Positions 40,570 to 53,319 of a stretch of DNA of 64,000 bases are shown piece by piece. The position numbers were made by a program, and so were the translations under genes. Under the pieces are notes generated by a model, which was given only the letters and a program-made list of their open reading frames with translations, made no database searches and had not been told where the DNA came from. The DNA comes from Octopus sinensis (Eukaryota): assembly GCF_006345805.1 (NCBI RefSeq), contig NC_042998.1:25420001-25484000 (forward strand), in the 5' to 3' direction. Positions within the stretch are counted from its first letter, which is position 1. Every line of letters starts with the position of its first letter.

Positions 40570-41230
40570 TTTTTTTCAATTAACAGGATCATGCTCAAAG
40601 TGGTTTTGCCATTCACGCGTACAATCTTTGCTACATTCACCCGCCTTTTATTGAATCTTTCACAAGACAAAACTTGCCTCTCTATTCTCACCTTCTTTTC
40701 ATGTGGTACTTGAAAAATTTGATGAGCGATTGGCCAGAGAGGAAAGTGTTTGTCTTTAAACCTTTTGCTCAAACCCACCTCATACATTCTTTCAACATGA
40801 CCACCAGTACAATGAATACTGCCTTGCCTTCCCAGTTAAGGGAAGGTGGCAGAGCAATTTTCATAACAGACTTGCCTGACAAGCAAACTCGTCTCACATG
40901 TGACATTAGCCATTAGGCATAAGCTCACAGGTCCTAAATAGTTGGACACTGCATGAGTGTGTGCAGAACAGTTTCGGTGCTCTGACCACATCTCGGGCAA
41001 GTCGGTCTGGTGTGCCTCAAACTGTGCCTGTAGAGTTTATCCCAAATTGGCAATGCTTCTCAATAGCACTGCCAGGCCAGGGATCTCTGGTGATTGTCCA
41101 TAGGTCCCAGCCCAAAAGTTGTCCTGAACAGGCAGGTCAGGTGTTCCTCGTTGGCAATCCGATCCTGCTTGAGAACGTCATCGCACCTTCCCTCTATTAA
41201 TGCTCTATAGAATGCCTTTGATAGACAAAT
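40570..41230 (-). mobile_element. L1/Tx1-clade LINE ORF2 C-terminal fragment (pseudogenised)
   Basis: AWQCY*EALPIWDKLYRH..CPRCGQSTETVLHTLMQCP (zf-RVT/CCHC knuckle), then ..FFKYHMKRKVRIERQVLS.ERF, ending in A9(GA)n. Confidence 0.8.
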
Positions 41231-41559
41231 AGTTAGACAGACAGACAAACAGGCATAAAGACATTAAGACAGACAGATAGACAGATAAATATGTATCTTT
41301 TGTATGATTATCTCAGGACTTGCGTTTACTGAGACTCAAGTAGTGAGATAAATATTCAGCTTTCAATAACCCTGAGACTTTACAGCATGTATTTAGCAAA
41401 CCTTCATCATTTATTTGCCACACATAGATGCTAGTAATACAAACAATTGTATGCCCAGTGAGAACATCATTAATGTCAACTATAATGATTTGGGTGCAAG
41501 TATCATGTAATAACATGTATAATTTGTATCATCTTAATTATGGCAAATCCCTCCTTCTT

Positions 41560-42110
41560 AATAATAATGACAGTAATACTTTTGATTCTATTCAAAGGAC
41601 TAACAATGATGCTAATGTTACTAACCTTGATGCAAATAATGCACCAACCATAATCCATAATAAGACATGCAATTTCAGAGCATTCAGTAATTGCCCTTTG
41701 ATGGGCGATTGCTTAGGCTATAATGTAGTTTATAAATGCACTGTTATCATCACACAGATCCAGAGTTTATTTTGGTAGAATGATTGTCCTTAAGCACCAT
41801 TATTGTGCATATCTAACCTCTTTCTCAAGCATTAAAATAAGACAATCTACCTCCTTCAACATGCACATCCATCGTCTCAAAGCTGAGTATATCCACCATA
41901 ACTTTTTCTGATCCATAGTCGGTGGTGGAACTCTGTATATAAAAAGTGGATAAAATTGTAAATCGTGTTATACTGAGAGTCATACACAATATTAAGTCAG
42001 AAAGAGGTATCCATCACTAATCACTTCTGCAAGCTAATTACCATTGCAGACATAAGTTCTACATCACATTCTCTCATTGCCATAAATCCTGATATTCCAA
42101 CCGTAAAATG
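41560..42110 (+). mobile_element. Penelope-like GIY-YIG endonuclease pseudogene fragment
   Basis: TCNFRAFSNCPLMGDCLGYNVVYKCTV..VYFG..*SIVGGGTLYIKSG*NCKSCYTE matches the PLE pattern CNCR..CPL.G.C..VY..YIG..WSI..Y..G..C.LC..E. Confidence 0.75.
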
Positions 42111-43827
42111 TTAAACTTTCCTCTCTACTTCACTTGTAATACTGCTCCTTAATGCACTCTTGCACAAGTAACTACCAATACTTAGCACTTTCTCTTCTTT
42201 CCCTTCCTCCTCCTTCTCTTACCAGTGCACCGTACATCCCCTCCCGTCCCCTCTCCTACTCTACTGACCTGTGTCCCCAGAGTACTAGATACATTATTCT
42301 TTTATTCTTTTATTCTTTTACTTGTTTCAGTCATTTGGCTGTGGCCATGCTGGAGCACTGCCTTCAGTCAAGCAAATCGACCCCAGGACTTATTCTTTGT
42401 AAGCCTAGTACTTATTCCATCAGTCTATTTTGCCGGACTGCTAAGTGACGGGGATGTAAACACACCAGCATCAGTTGTCAAGCGATGTTGGAGCGACAAA
42501 CACAGACACACAAACATATACACACACATACATATACATATATATATATATATTTTTTTTTCTGATCCATAGTCGGTGGTGGAACTCTGTATATATAAAG
42601 TGGATAAAATTGTAGATCGTGTTATACTGAGAGTCATACATAATATTAGGTCAGAAAGTGGTATCCATCACTAATTACTTCTGAAAGCTATATATATATA
42701 TACATATATACAACGGGCTTCTTTCAGTTTCCATCTACCAAATCCACTCAAAAGGCTTTGGTCGGCCCAAGGCTATAGTAGAAGACACTTGCCCAAAGTG
42801 CCACGCAGTGGGACTGAACCCAGAACCATGAGGTTGGTAAGCAAGCTACTTACCACATAGCCACTCCTAGTTTACTTATATTTACTTTATATTTCCTTCA
42901 TTAATTTTATTATTTACTACCCTGCACTCACTTTCTTCTTTATGTCAGCTGTTCACTATAGTTCTGCATCTCCCATTAGTAATCTACTCATTGCCAGACA
43001 TTCAAACCCTTTTGATCTTGTTTACTTCCTTAACTTTATGACCTACTTTCTCTCTATTTCTCTCGATGCTGTCAACTGACGTTTTCTAAGTACTAAATCC
43101 CATCCACTTCTGCAAATCCCATTCTTCTCCCCCATTCCATCTTTAGCTCCAAGTTTCTCAATTTACTTCCTGCTCTGGCCCCATCATCATCATCATCGTC
43201 ATCATCGTTTAACGTCCGTTTTCCGCGCTAGCATGGGTTGGACGGTTCGACCGGGGTCTGGGAAGCCAGAAGGCTGCATCAGGCTCCAGTCTGATCTGGC
43301 AGTGTTTCTACAGCTGGATGCCCTTCCTAACACCAACCACTCCGCGAGTGTAGTGGGTGCTTTTTACGTGCCACCGGCACAGGTGCCAGGGGAGTCTGGC
43401 ATCGGCCATGATCAGTTGGTGCTTTTAACGTGCCACCGGCATGGAAGCCAGCCAAGGCGGTGCTGGCATCGGCCACGTTTGGATGGTGCTTTTTATGTGC
43501 CACCGACACAGAAGCCAGTCGAGGCGGCGCTGGCATCGGCCATATATTCATAAATACTGTTCTCTATGATACTCATGAGAATCTTCTGATGAACCTAGCA
43601 TGATTTTGCATCACAGATCTCTAATAAACTTTGTTATACCATACACCAACAATATTAGGGGACCTTATTTCATAACATACATGGATTAGTGTATGAGTCA
43701 TGGTTCCTCCATAACAGCTGTAAAGATAAGCCTTGATAATATTCTCTTTTTATATTTGTATATGCACCGTTCCATGAAAATACACTTCTGATGCCTACTT
43801 TTGTTTATCTGCCATTTTTAATTTTAT

Positions 43828-43859
<32 letters not shown>

Positions 43860-43935
43860 ATATATATATATATATATTATATATATATATATTATATATA
43901 TATATATTTATATGTATATACATATATACATATAA

Positions 43936-43966
<31 letters not shown>

Positions 43967-44164
43967 TATTTATATGTATATATATACATATATATATATT
44001 TATATATTTATATGTATATATATATATGTATATATATGTATGTATATATGTATGTATATATATATACATATGTATATATATATGTATATATATTTATATA
44101 TATATATTATATATATATATATATATATAGATGTATGTATGTATATATATATACATGTATGTGC

Positions 44165-44207
<43 letters not shown>

Positions 44208-44211
44208 ATAA

Positions 44212-44414
44212 AGTCAATCCAAACATGAAAACACAACAACACGAGGACGTGGAACAAATATAGTATTATTGGACGCTCAGGAAGGAAGGGAAGAAGGAGG
44301 GTCTTACGTTTCGAGCGGAGCTCTTCATCAGATATATAAGAAAAGGAAAGATCCGGAGAAGGGAAGACGGAGGAAAAAAAATCGCCAACGGTACACACGC
44401 AGTCACATTTTGAA
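44212..44414 (-). mobile_element. Family H module (solo pLTR-like) in (TA)n, carrying an HHR
   Basis: About 200-bp non-coding unit flanked by (TA)n on both sides. The same terminus catgtttggattaact also occurs at 31469 and 29600. Confidence 0.7.
44301..44337 (-). ncRNA. Minimal type-I hammerhead ribozyme motif (intact core)
   Basis: Minus strand reads CTGATGA-A-GAGC-TCC-GCTC-GAAA-CGT-A-AGAC. All conserved core nucleotides are present; stem I is weak in this copy. Confidence 0.65.
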
Positions 44415-44988
44415 TATATATATATATTTTGAATATATATATATATATATCTATATCCCTCTCTCTGGAAGAGGCACAAGTACCTACACACACATATACA
44501 CACGTGGCAGTAACTTCCACATACCAAATTCAATCCCAAAGCTTTGGTCGGCCTAGGACTATAGCAGAAGACAGTTGCTCAAGGTGCCACGCAGTGGGAC
44601 TGAACCCAAAACTATGTAGCTGAGAAGCAATCTTCCTAACCACACAATGAAAAAAAGATAAAAAATTAATATAGTTGAAATTTACTATTCATTACAGTTC
44701 TTTCTGCACCGGTGTGAAGGTATAGATAGCCAGAAGTTTATATTCAGTGCACCACTAGAAATACATTGATTACTTTTTACCCTACCAGGGCTTAACTTAC
44801 AACTATTTCTGCTATAAAATGGAATGCACTCATAGTTGAATGCCTCATTGGAGATTTAGTGACGAAGCACACTTCATTTCACAAGCATTTGATTATGATG
44901 TGCATTGCATCTTATTGCAGAAACAGCTGTAAGCCAATGAAATTCATGACATAATTATTCCCTTGTCATTTTATTTTATTACATATAT

Positions 44989-45285
44989 ATCACCATGATC
45001 ACCGTGACCGACCAAGCTATCAGATGTTGCTACACATCGCTGGTTACAATGCGCTTCGCATTGTTTTAGCCTTCAAATGACGCCACCCCACTGGCTAAGT
45101 GAGCAGGCCAACAGAAGAAAGAATGAGAGAAAGTTGTGGCGAAAGAGTACAGCAGGGATTGCCACCACCCCCTGTCGGGGCCCCATGGAGCTCTAGGTGT
45201 TTTCGCTCAATAAACACTCACAACGCCCGGTCTGGGAATCGAAACTGCAAGTCCTCTACCCTAATCACTGGGCCATTGCGCCTCC
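44989..45285 (-). mobile_element. SINE family C, tail type 3
   Basis: Head ggaggcgcaatggcccagtg with B-box tttcgattccc and the shared body, then a distinct 3' end ending in (cacggtgat)-like repeats. Confidence 0.8.
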
Positions 45286-45545
45286 ACATTACATATATAT
45301 ATATACATATAATACATACACACACACACATACACACACAAACATACATATATCTTGAGATTAAAGAGAATAAGGTTAGTTTTAATCCAAAGTATATCTT
45401 TTTTTCCATGACAAATTACAAAAGATTTAGTTTTTTCTATCTTTCATTCAACTGAAAGAAAATAAGTGAATTAAGATTAGCTAGTTGGATTTTAGCAAGT
45501 AAATATTACAGAAATTGAAACAATTAATAAAATGATTGTTAATTA

Positions 45546-46103
45546 TTGGGTTGTCCGGAAAGTTCGTGCTGATTTTTAAAGGAAAGAAAAAGATCAATAA
45601 ATACTTGCCATTACATTTTTAATCAACCAAATATGAACCATTTTGTTGCACAATGCGTCTCCATCTTTCCTTTAACTTGAAAATACCCTCTTCTCAGAAC
45701 TGAGGTGGTTTCATGGCAAAGAATTCATCAAGGTATCTTTTTACGTCATCCAAGGAATTAAAATTTTTATCATTAAGACTATTTTGCAAAGACCTGAATA
45801 AGTGGAAATCTGGTAGAGCAGTATCTGGTGAATATGGAGGGTGGGGTAACACATCCCAGCTGAGCTGCAGCAATTTTTGTCTGTTTCCCAAAGCATCAAG
45901 TACTTTGGGAACTTTCTTATCTTCCACTTTAAAGGGTTACAGAATTAACACAGGTCATAGGAACATAAACCTTCTTCCACGAAAAGATAGCTGTGCTCTA
46001 AATGGATGTGTAGTCAAATACTATTTTATGGACTCAACCATGTTCTAAAATAAGTCGAAAGGTAAGCTACTATAAATGAGCACGAACTTCCTGGAGAACC
46101 CAA
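45546..46103 (-). mobile_element. Internally deleted mariner (Tc1/mariner) transposon
   Basis: About 30-bp TIRs ttgggttgtccggaaagttcgtgctgattt / aaatgagcacgaacttcctggagaacccaa with TA on both sides. Transposase C-terminus LSWDVLPHPPYSPDTALPDFHLFRSLQNSL..EEGIFKLKERWRRIVQQNGSYL. Confidence 0.92.
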
Positions 46104-47047
46104 TAAAATTAAAAACAAACATTTCCTTTTGTAATATAATTCATTTCATTGTCCTGTAAAAGAATTTTGAAATCTCAATCTTTAGGTAATGAAGTAAAAT
46201 ACTGAGTATTCTGGTAATCTGGTTATTAATATCTCGGGTAAAACACAATCAAAATCAGAACAAATTTTTTTTTTAAATCACGAAAATGAAGAAAATTTAG
46301 TACAAAGTGAAAGCAATTATGGTATGAAAGAGAAAATGTAATAGAAACTGATGATATTTTTTATGTCTCTTTTGTTCAGCAACAGCTTGATGTATTAGTG
46401 AATAGTCAACAGCGTTGGAGAGCATACAGATTAAAGTTGTAGCCGAGGAAAAGTTAGCTGACATGGAGAATTGGAAGCCATCTGAATATTGGAAAAAAGT
46501 TATCTGTATCCTGATGATTTGCACTGGGTGTCAAAATACTGACATCATGGCTGTTCAATGCTGTATGAAAGCTGTAAATATGTGCTACATAAAATATTCT
46601 GCTCAATACCACAGATTTGCTTGTCAGTTGTTTGACCTTAACCAGTTGAGCATGTCCCTTAGTGGCTGACGATATGTGCATCTCTGATCACAAGCAGAAG
46701 TAGTTGGGGAGCATCATAGCCGTGTGTTGAAAGGAATTCTTGGAGGTTGGGATAATTCACCTTTGGAAACATGGGTGGTTCATTCAACATCCTTAAACAA
46801 TCCTTATTTAGGGACCTTTTAAGTGGGATGGGCTACTCGACCTAAAGAAAATTCTAACTGGTCCCCACCTGCAAGGTCATGCGCTGCTTATCTTGAGATG
46901 AGATCACCATGTCTTACACAAAGTATGCATGTGCCTGATGTACCCTTATTAGATGGGAAGGCATGATGGATATATTGGGCTTCATATATTTGTACCCCAG
47001 TGTCACTTTGATGGCATGCACTGCTCTCTCACTCAATAATAATAATA

Positions 47048-47107
<60 letters not shown>

Positions 47108-47173
47108 AATAATAATAATAACAACAATAACAACAACAGCAGCGGCAACAACATGAACAACAACAATAATAAT

Positions 47174-47209
<36 letters not shown>

Positions 47210-47594
47210 AATAATAATAATAATAATAGGAACTGCTGATCTGCTATATATATATATATTTATATATATATAAACAGCAGAATATTAAATGAAGTAAAGA
47301 AGAAAAATGTAGCTGTTGTTTGAATAGAGTTCTAGAAGGCCTACGACTGTGTCCCACTCAGGTGGCTCATGGAATGTCTGAGGATGCTTGGAGTCAATGA
47401 GAATATAAACAATTTTTTTGAGAAAACAAAGAGAATAGGAAGCAGAACTGACATGTGCAAATGAATTACTAGATAATGTGACAATATGCAGAAGCGTTTT
47501 CCAAGGAGACTTGCTGTCTCCATTGCTCTTCACCACTGAACGAATCCTTCTGACAAAGATAATGAGAAAAACCAGGCCTACCTATGAGTTTACC

Positions 47595-47629
<35 letters not shown>

Positions 47630-47792
47630 GAGGCAGACCTGGATTTTCTAATATAAACATTGAGAGTTTTCAGGGAAGATGTTGGAATGCAGTTTGTGGA
47701 AGAAAAGTGCACAGTACTAACTCTGAAGTGAGGTGGAAGATAAATCCTGGAGATGGTATAAAATTACTACTAGTCATCAGTCAATCGCTATG

Positions 47793-47824
<32 letters not shown>

Positions 47825-48774
47825 GTTTTACGTCCGCTTTCCATGCTAGCATGGGTTGGACGATTTGACTGAGGTCTGGTGAACCAGATAGCTGCACCAG
47901 ACTCCAGTCTGATTTGGCAGAGTTTCTATAGCTGGATGCCCTTCCTAATGCCAACCACTACGAGAGTGTAGTGGGTACTTTTTACGTGCTACCAGTACAA
48001 TGGCCAGTCAATCGGTACTGGCAATGACCACGCTCAAATGGTGCTTTTTATGTGCTACCTGCACAGAAGCCGGTCCAGCGGCACTGGCAACATCTTTGCT
48101 TGAATGTTTTTTTCCACATGTTACCAGCACAAGTGCTAGTAAGGCAACACAGGTAACGATCATGCCTGAATGGTGTTTTTAACGTGCCATCAGCACAGAG
48201 GCCAGCTTGTTGTGCTGGCAACAATCTCACTCGTATGGTACTCTTAGCGCTCCACTAGCACGGATGCCAGTCATCAAATTTGATTTTGATTTCGATTTCA
48301 CTTGCCTCAACAGGTCTTCGCAGAAATAAGGGATACAAATATCTCTGAGTACTGCAAGACAGTAAGATAAGGGAAAGAGAAATGAGAAAGGATGTCACTA
48401 AAGGGTACAATAGGAAAATTTGGAAGGTGCATTAAAGCCATAAATACATGGGCAATGCCAGTATTGAGATAGTCTTCCTTATTCCTGAAGTGGATGAAGA
48501 TCAAGGTGCAGAACTTAGATAGAAGAACCAGAAAATTGCTAGCAATGCACATCACACTCCATCCTAAAAGCAATACTGACCAGCACTATCTCCCAAGAAT
48601 GGCGGGTGGTAGAGTATTAGTAAATGCAGAAGACACCATTGGTACTGCAGCATGGACTGAAAAATTATGTTGTACAGAGTAAAAAAAATAGAATAATTTT
48701 GGCAGCCAGAAATGCTAAAAGGGGACTGGAACATTAGGAAATTTCATTTTGTGCTAGTATACTGCACTCACTGT

Positions 48775-49154
48775 GGAGGCGCAATGGCCCAGTGGTTAGG
48801 GCAGCGGACTCGCGGTCATAGGATCGCGGTTTCGATTCCCAGACTGGACGTTGTGAGTGTTTATTGAGCGAAAACACCTAAAAAGCTCCACGAGGCTCTG
48901 GCAGGGGATGGTGGTGATCCCTGCTGTACTCTTTCACCACAACTTTCTCTCACTCTTACTTCCTGTTTCTGTTGTGCCTGTATTTCAAGGGGCCGGCCTT
49001 GTCACTCTCTGTGTCACGCTGAATATCCCCAAGAACTACGTTAAGGGTGCACGTGTCTGTGGAGTGCTCAGCCACTTACACATTAATTTCACGAGCAGGC
49101 TGTTCCGTTGATTCAGATCAACCGGAACCCTCATTGTCGTAACCGACGGAGTGC
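48775..49154 (+). mobile_element. SINE family C, tail type 1 (about 380 bp)
   Basis: tRNA-like head ggaggcgcaatggcccagtggttagggcagcggactcgcgg. The 12-bp TSD actgcactcact lies at 48761-48772 and 49164-49175. Possibly the published octopus OR1 (unverified). Confidence 0.88.
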
Positions 49155-49261
49155 TTCCATTCCACTGCACTCACTCAAAACATGCTTGATACTATGAAAA
49201 CATGCTAGGAGAAACGTTAGCATGCCTTGCGAAATGCTTAGCGGTATTTCATCTGGGAGAA

Positions 49262-49858
49262 GGCGGCGAGCTGGCAGAAACGTTAGCACGCCGGGCGAAA
49301 TGCTTTGCGGTATTTCGTCTGCATTACGTTGTGAGTTCAAATTCCGCCGAGGTCGACTTTGCCTTTCATCCTTTCGGGGTCGATAAATTATGTACCAGTT
49401 ACGCACTGGGGTCGATGTAATCGACTTAATACCTATGTCTGTCCTTGTTTGTCTCCTCTGTGTTTAGCCCCTTGTGGGTAATAAAGAAATAGGTATTTCA
49501 TCTGCTGCTATGTTCTGAGTTTAAATTCTGCTGAGGTTGACTTTACCTTTCATCCTTTCAGGGTCCATTAAATAAGTACCAGTTATGCACTGGGGTCGAT
49601 ATAATCGACTTAATCCGTTTGTCTGTCCTTGTTTGTCCCCTCTGTGTTTAGTCTCTTGTGGGTGGTAAAGAAATAGGTATTTCATCTGCTGCTACGTTCT
49701 GAGTTCAAATTCTGCTGAGGTTGACTTTGCCTTTCATCCTTTTGTGGTTGATTAAATAAGTACTAGTTATGCACTGGGGTCGATATAATCGACTTAATCC
49801 ATTTTTCTGTCCTTGTTTGTCCCCTCTGTGTTTAGCCTCTTGTGGGCAATAAAGAAAT
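49262..49858 (+). mobile_element. SINE B head-to-tail trimer
   Basis: One full copy followed by two headless units of about 183 bp joined at aaagaaata|ggtatttc. Confidence 0.88.
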
Positions 49859-52324
49859 ATGAAACATTAGGAAAATTCAATGATGAAAGGAAGAAGAACA
49901 AGATGAACAAATGGAAAGAAATGGAACTTCATGGCCAAATCATGCAACGAAATAAAAATGACTTCGGCAGAATTTGAACTCAGAAGAAATACTCCCAAGT
50001 ACTTTGTCTGCTCTGCTAACAATTCTGCTAGCAAGCCACCTTGATGATAATAATAATATTGGTTTTAAAATTCTTGGCACAAGGTCAGCGGTTTTTGAGT
50101 GGAGGGGGAATGTCAGTTATATCAACCCCAGGACTTGACTGGTGTTAATTCCATCAACCCTAAAAGAATGAAAAGCAAAGTCGACATTAGCAGAATTTGA
50201 ATAATATTGGTAATAATAACAACAATAAAAGTAATAGCAATAATAATAATGATAAGGCTGCTGATAATGTGAATGGATTATGTTGAGACATGGGAATTCG
50301 AAGAGAAATAAGGAAAATAGAATGTTTTGAATTGTAAACATTCTATGATGGCACATCAATATTCTTTCTGTTGTAGACAAACCATTTTTGTAAATATATA
50401 CAAATTCCTCTTTGTTTCATTCTTGTTTTTAGTTGTAGGTCTCAGTGCTTCAAACGTGTAGTGTATGTGTGTGTGTACGTGGGTGCATGTGTGTGTGTGT
50501 GTGTGAGTATTTCCTATATACGTGTATGTTTCAACAGAGCTGATATATACGTCTGATATTACATTAGAAGTGGTTGAACATTCTAGTTGAAATTGTTATG
50601 TAATACTTTATGAGATCGTAAGAAAATTTGCATGAAATTGTATCTTTCAGAACAAATAAAAAGAAGATGAATAAATAATACCATGATAAAATGCATAATG
50701 ATAAGACAATTTTACAAGGAGTTAATAGAAAATTTATAATCGGAAGAAAAGAGTAACGTCATTTCTACAATACAAGTAAACAGGCAAGCAGAAAGATACT
50801 TGCTTTAATATTTTACTATGTTGTACCGAAAGAATCCTCTATAGTTTTCAATGAAGATATTCAACTAAAGAAATGTATGGAAATTGAATTGAGAAAATTT
50901 ACAACTTGCCAAAATTGGATACCGAGGTAAGTAGTATTGCTTTAAAGAATAGAAACTCCAGTAGACTATAGTATTCCATTTCTGTATTGATTATCTCCAT
51001 GATTTAGAAAAGAATTAGATTAATGCTGAAAAGATGGTAAATAACAACTACAGCTCCATCAGTTAAAAGAAAGATTCCGATCAATATTGAGTAACATAAA
51101 TATTTCTTCAACACCACGTATTTGAAATGTTCTGGCAATGAATAAAACTAATTATAGACTAATTTTCATATTTGAAATGAATTTTTAAAAGCATTTATTG
51201 CTTTTCTGCAATAAGAGGTAAAATATTATTTTGGTTTTGATAGAATTTTGATTAATATCAGCAGATTTTTATCATTATTTGAAATTGTTTTATGTTTGCT
51301 TTGTTTTTCATTTTACTCTCTGAGGAATTCACATTTTTTTTAAATACACAATTTTTATCCCTTTTTAATAAACAATTAAAATTGATGATTGGAAAAAAAA
51401 AATATTCCCTTTTCAATTTTTAAAACAAAGTAAAGCATAATTTTTTTTTTTTTTTTTTTGCAACCAAAATGAAACAAAACATAAATAAATTGCTTGGGAA
51501 TAGAAAATACTTTCAGAAACAGAATTAATTTTGAGGTACTGCGATTTAACCAGAGACAAACAACAACAACAACAACAACAAAAATTAATATAGAGAAATT
51601 GAAAAATAATAGCTGAAAGAAATAACTAGATAATTGGAAATATCTTTAATATAAGAGAAATAAAGAATTCAGTCATGAACGGCAGGTTATAAGACACTGT
51701 TTTTGAAATAATTCTGTAGATAGCTGCCAAAATTATTCTTTTTGGATGTTTACTTGTTTATTGCCTCATAAAAGTGGTAATAATTCAGATAGATCATAAA
51801 AGTAATATTATTATTTACACAACCAAGTAACATGTTATGTTCTCCAAACAATACATGAAACAGAGTGAATTCAAGCAAGCAGTCAATACACTCCATATTA
51901 TAACATTAATATACATTATTACTTGGGAGAATAATCTTTACTAATAATTAAATAACATAGACTGATTACTGTTATTCACTTATTATTTCATTATCTGCTT
52001 AATTTTAGACATCTTTCATCATCCACTGACTTGTTCTCTTATCTCTGTCAGTCACAGCATTTCAGTTTCATTCTCTTTTGTGATGTTCTTTGTATTCCTG
52101 CACATACTTATTTCAAAATTATGTGTACAAATCTATATTTCAATCAGTCACAGCTTAATCTTTAAAACATTAAAACTAGTTGTTTTTTTTTATATATATA
52201 AATATATTTAAAAATTTAGCTTCGTTTAATACATGACAAACAAAGAGTATTTTCAAATAACAATGTGAGAAGCCAAGCATTTTGCTCAGCATCCTAACAA
52301 TTCTGCCAACTCGCCACCTTAATA

Positions 52325-52791
<467 letters not shown>

Positions 52792-52849
52792 GAAGAAGAA
52801 CAGTGAAAAATACCTTAGGAACGAGAACCCAAGTTCAAAATTTCCCCAA

Positions 52850-52895
52850 GACACCTGATGAAGGCTGGAGGGTATATCAGCCGAAACGTTGTATT
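52850..52895 (+). ncRNA. Minimal type-I hammerhead ribozyme motif (intact core)
   Basis: GACAC-CTGATGA-A-GGCTG-GAGGGTATAT-CAGCC-GAAA-CGT-T-GTATT. An identical copy lies at 55281-55326; copies at 53770-53812 and 54356-54398 lack CGT. Confidence 0.75.
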
Positions 52896-53255
52896 AACAA
52901 CAAACAAGATGAAGACAAATATCCATCAAATGTAAATAATGTAAGATGTCTTTCATCCTCCACTGACTTGTTCTCTTATCTCTGTCAGTCACAGCATTTT
53001 AGTTCCATTCTCTTTTGTGATGTTCTTTGTATTCCTGCACATACTTATTTCAAAATTATGTGTACAAATCTATATTTCAATCAGTCACAGCTTAATCTTT
53101 AAAACATTAAAACTAGTTGTTTTTTTTTATATATATAAATATATTTAAAAAGTTAGCTTCGTTTAATACATGACAAACAAAGAGTATTTTCAAATAACAA
53201 TGTGAGAAGCCAAGCATTTTGCTCAGCATCCTAACAATTCTGCCAACTCGCCACC

Positions 53256-53319
<64 letters not shown>

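Larger units (their letters stand above)
47290..49950 (+). mobile_element. Old R4/Dong-type LINE RT region, broken by three insertions
   Basis: Collinear pieces: KAYDCVP..W..ECL; FQGDLLSPLLF; EDVGMQF..KC; GYKYL; AINTWAMPVLR; QNLDRRTRKLLAMH..LHPKS..YLPRMAGGR; KWKEMELHGQ (49905-49940). Interrupted by (TA)n, a family D copy and a SINE composite. Confidence 0.8.

Noticed and set aside
40570-40916. Plus-strand 110-codon open frame after a pyrimidine tract and AG
   Set aside because: It is the antisense of the Tx1/L1 ORF2 end. The pyrimidine tract is the element's A/(GA)n tail.
50756-50932. Open frame ending in a perfect donor GAG|GTAAGT
   Set aside because: Weak acceptor, no recognisable peptide and no partner exon. 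A chance occurrence is plausible in 64 kb.
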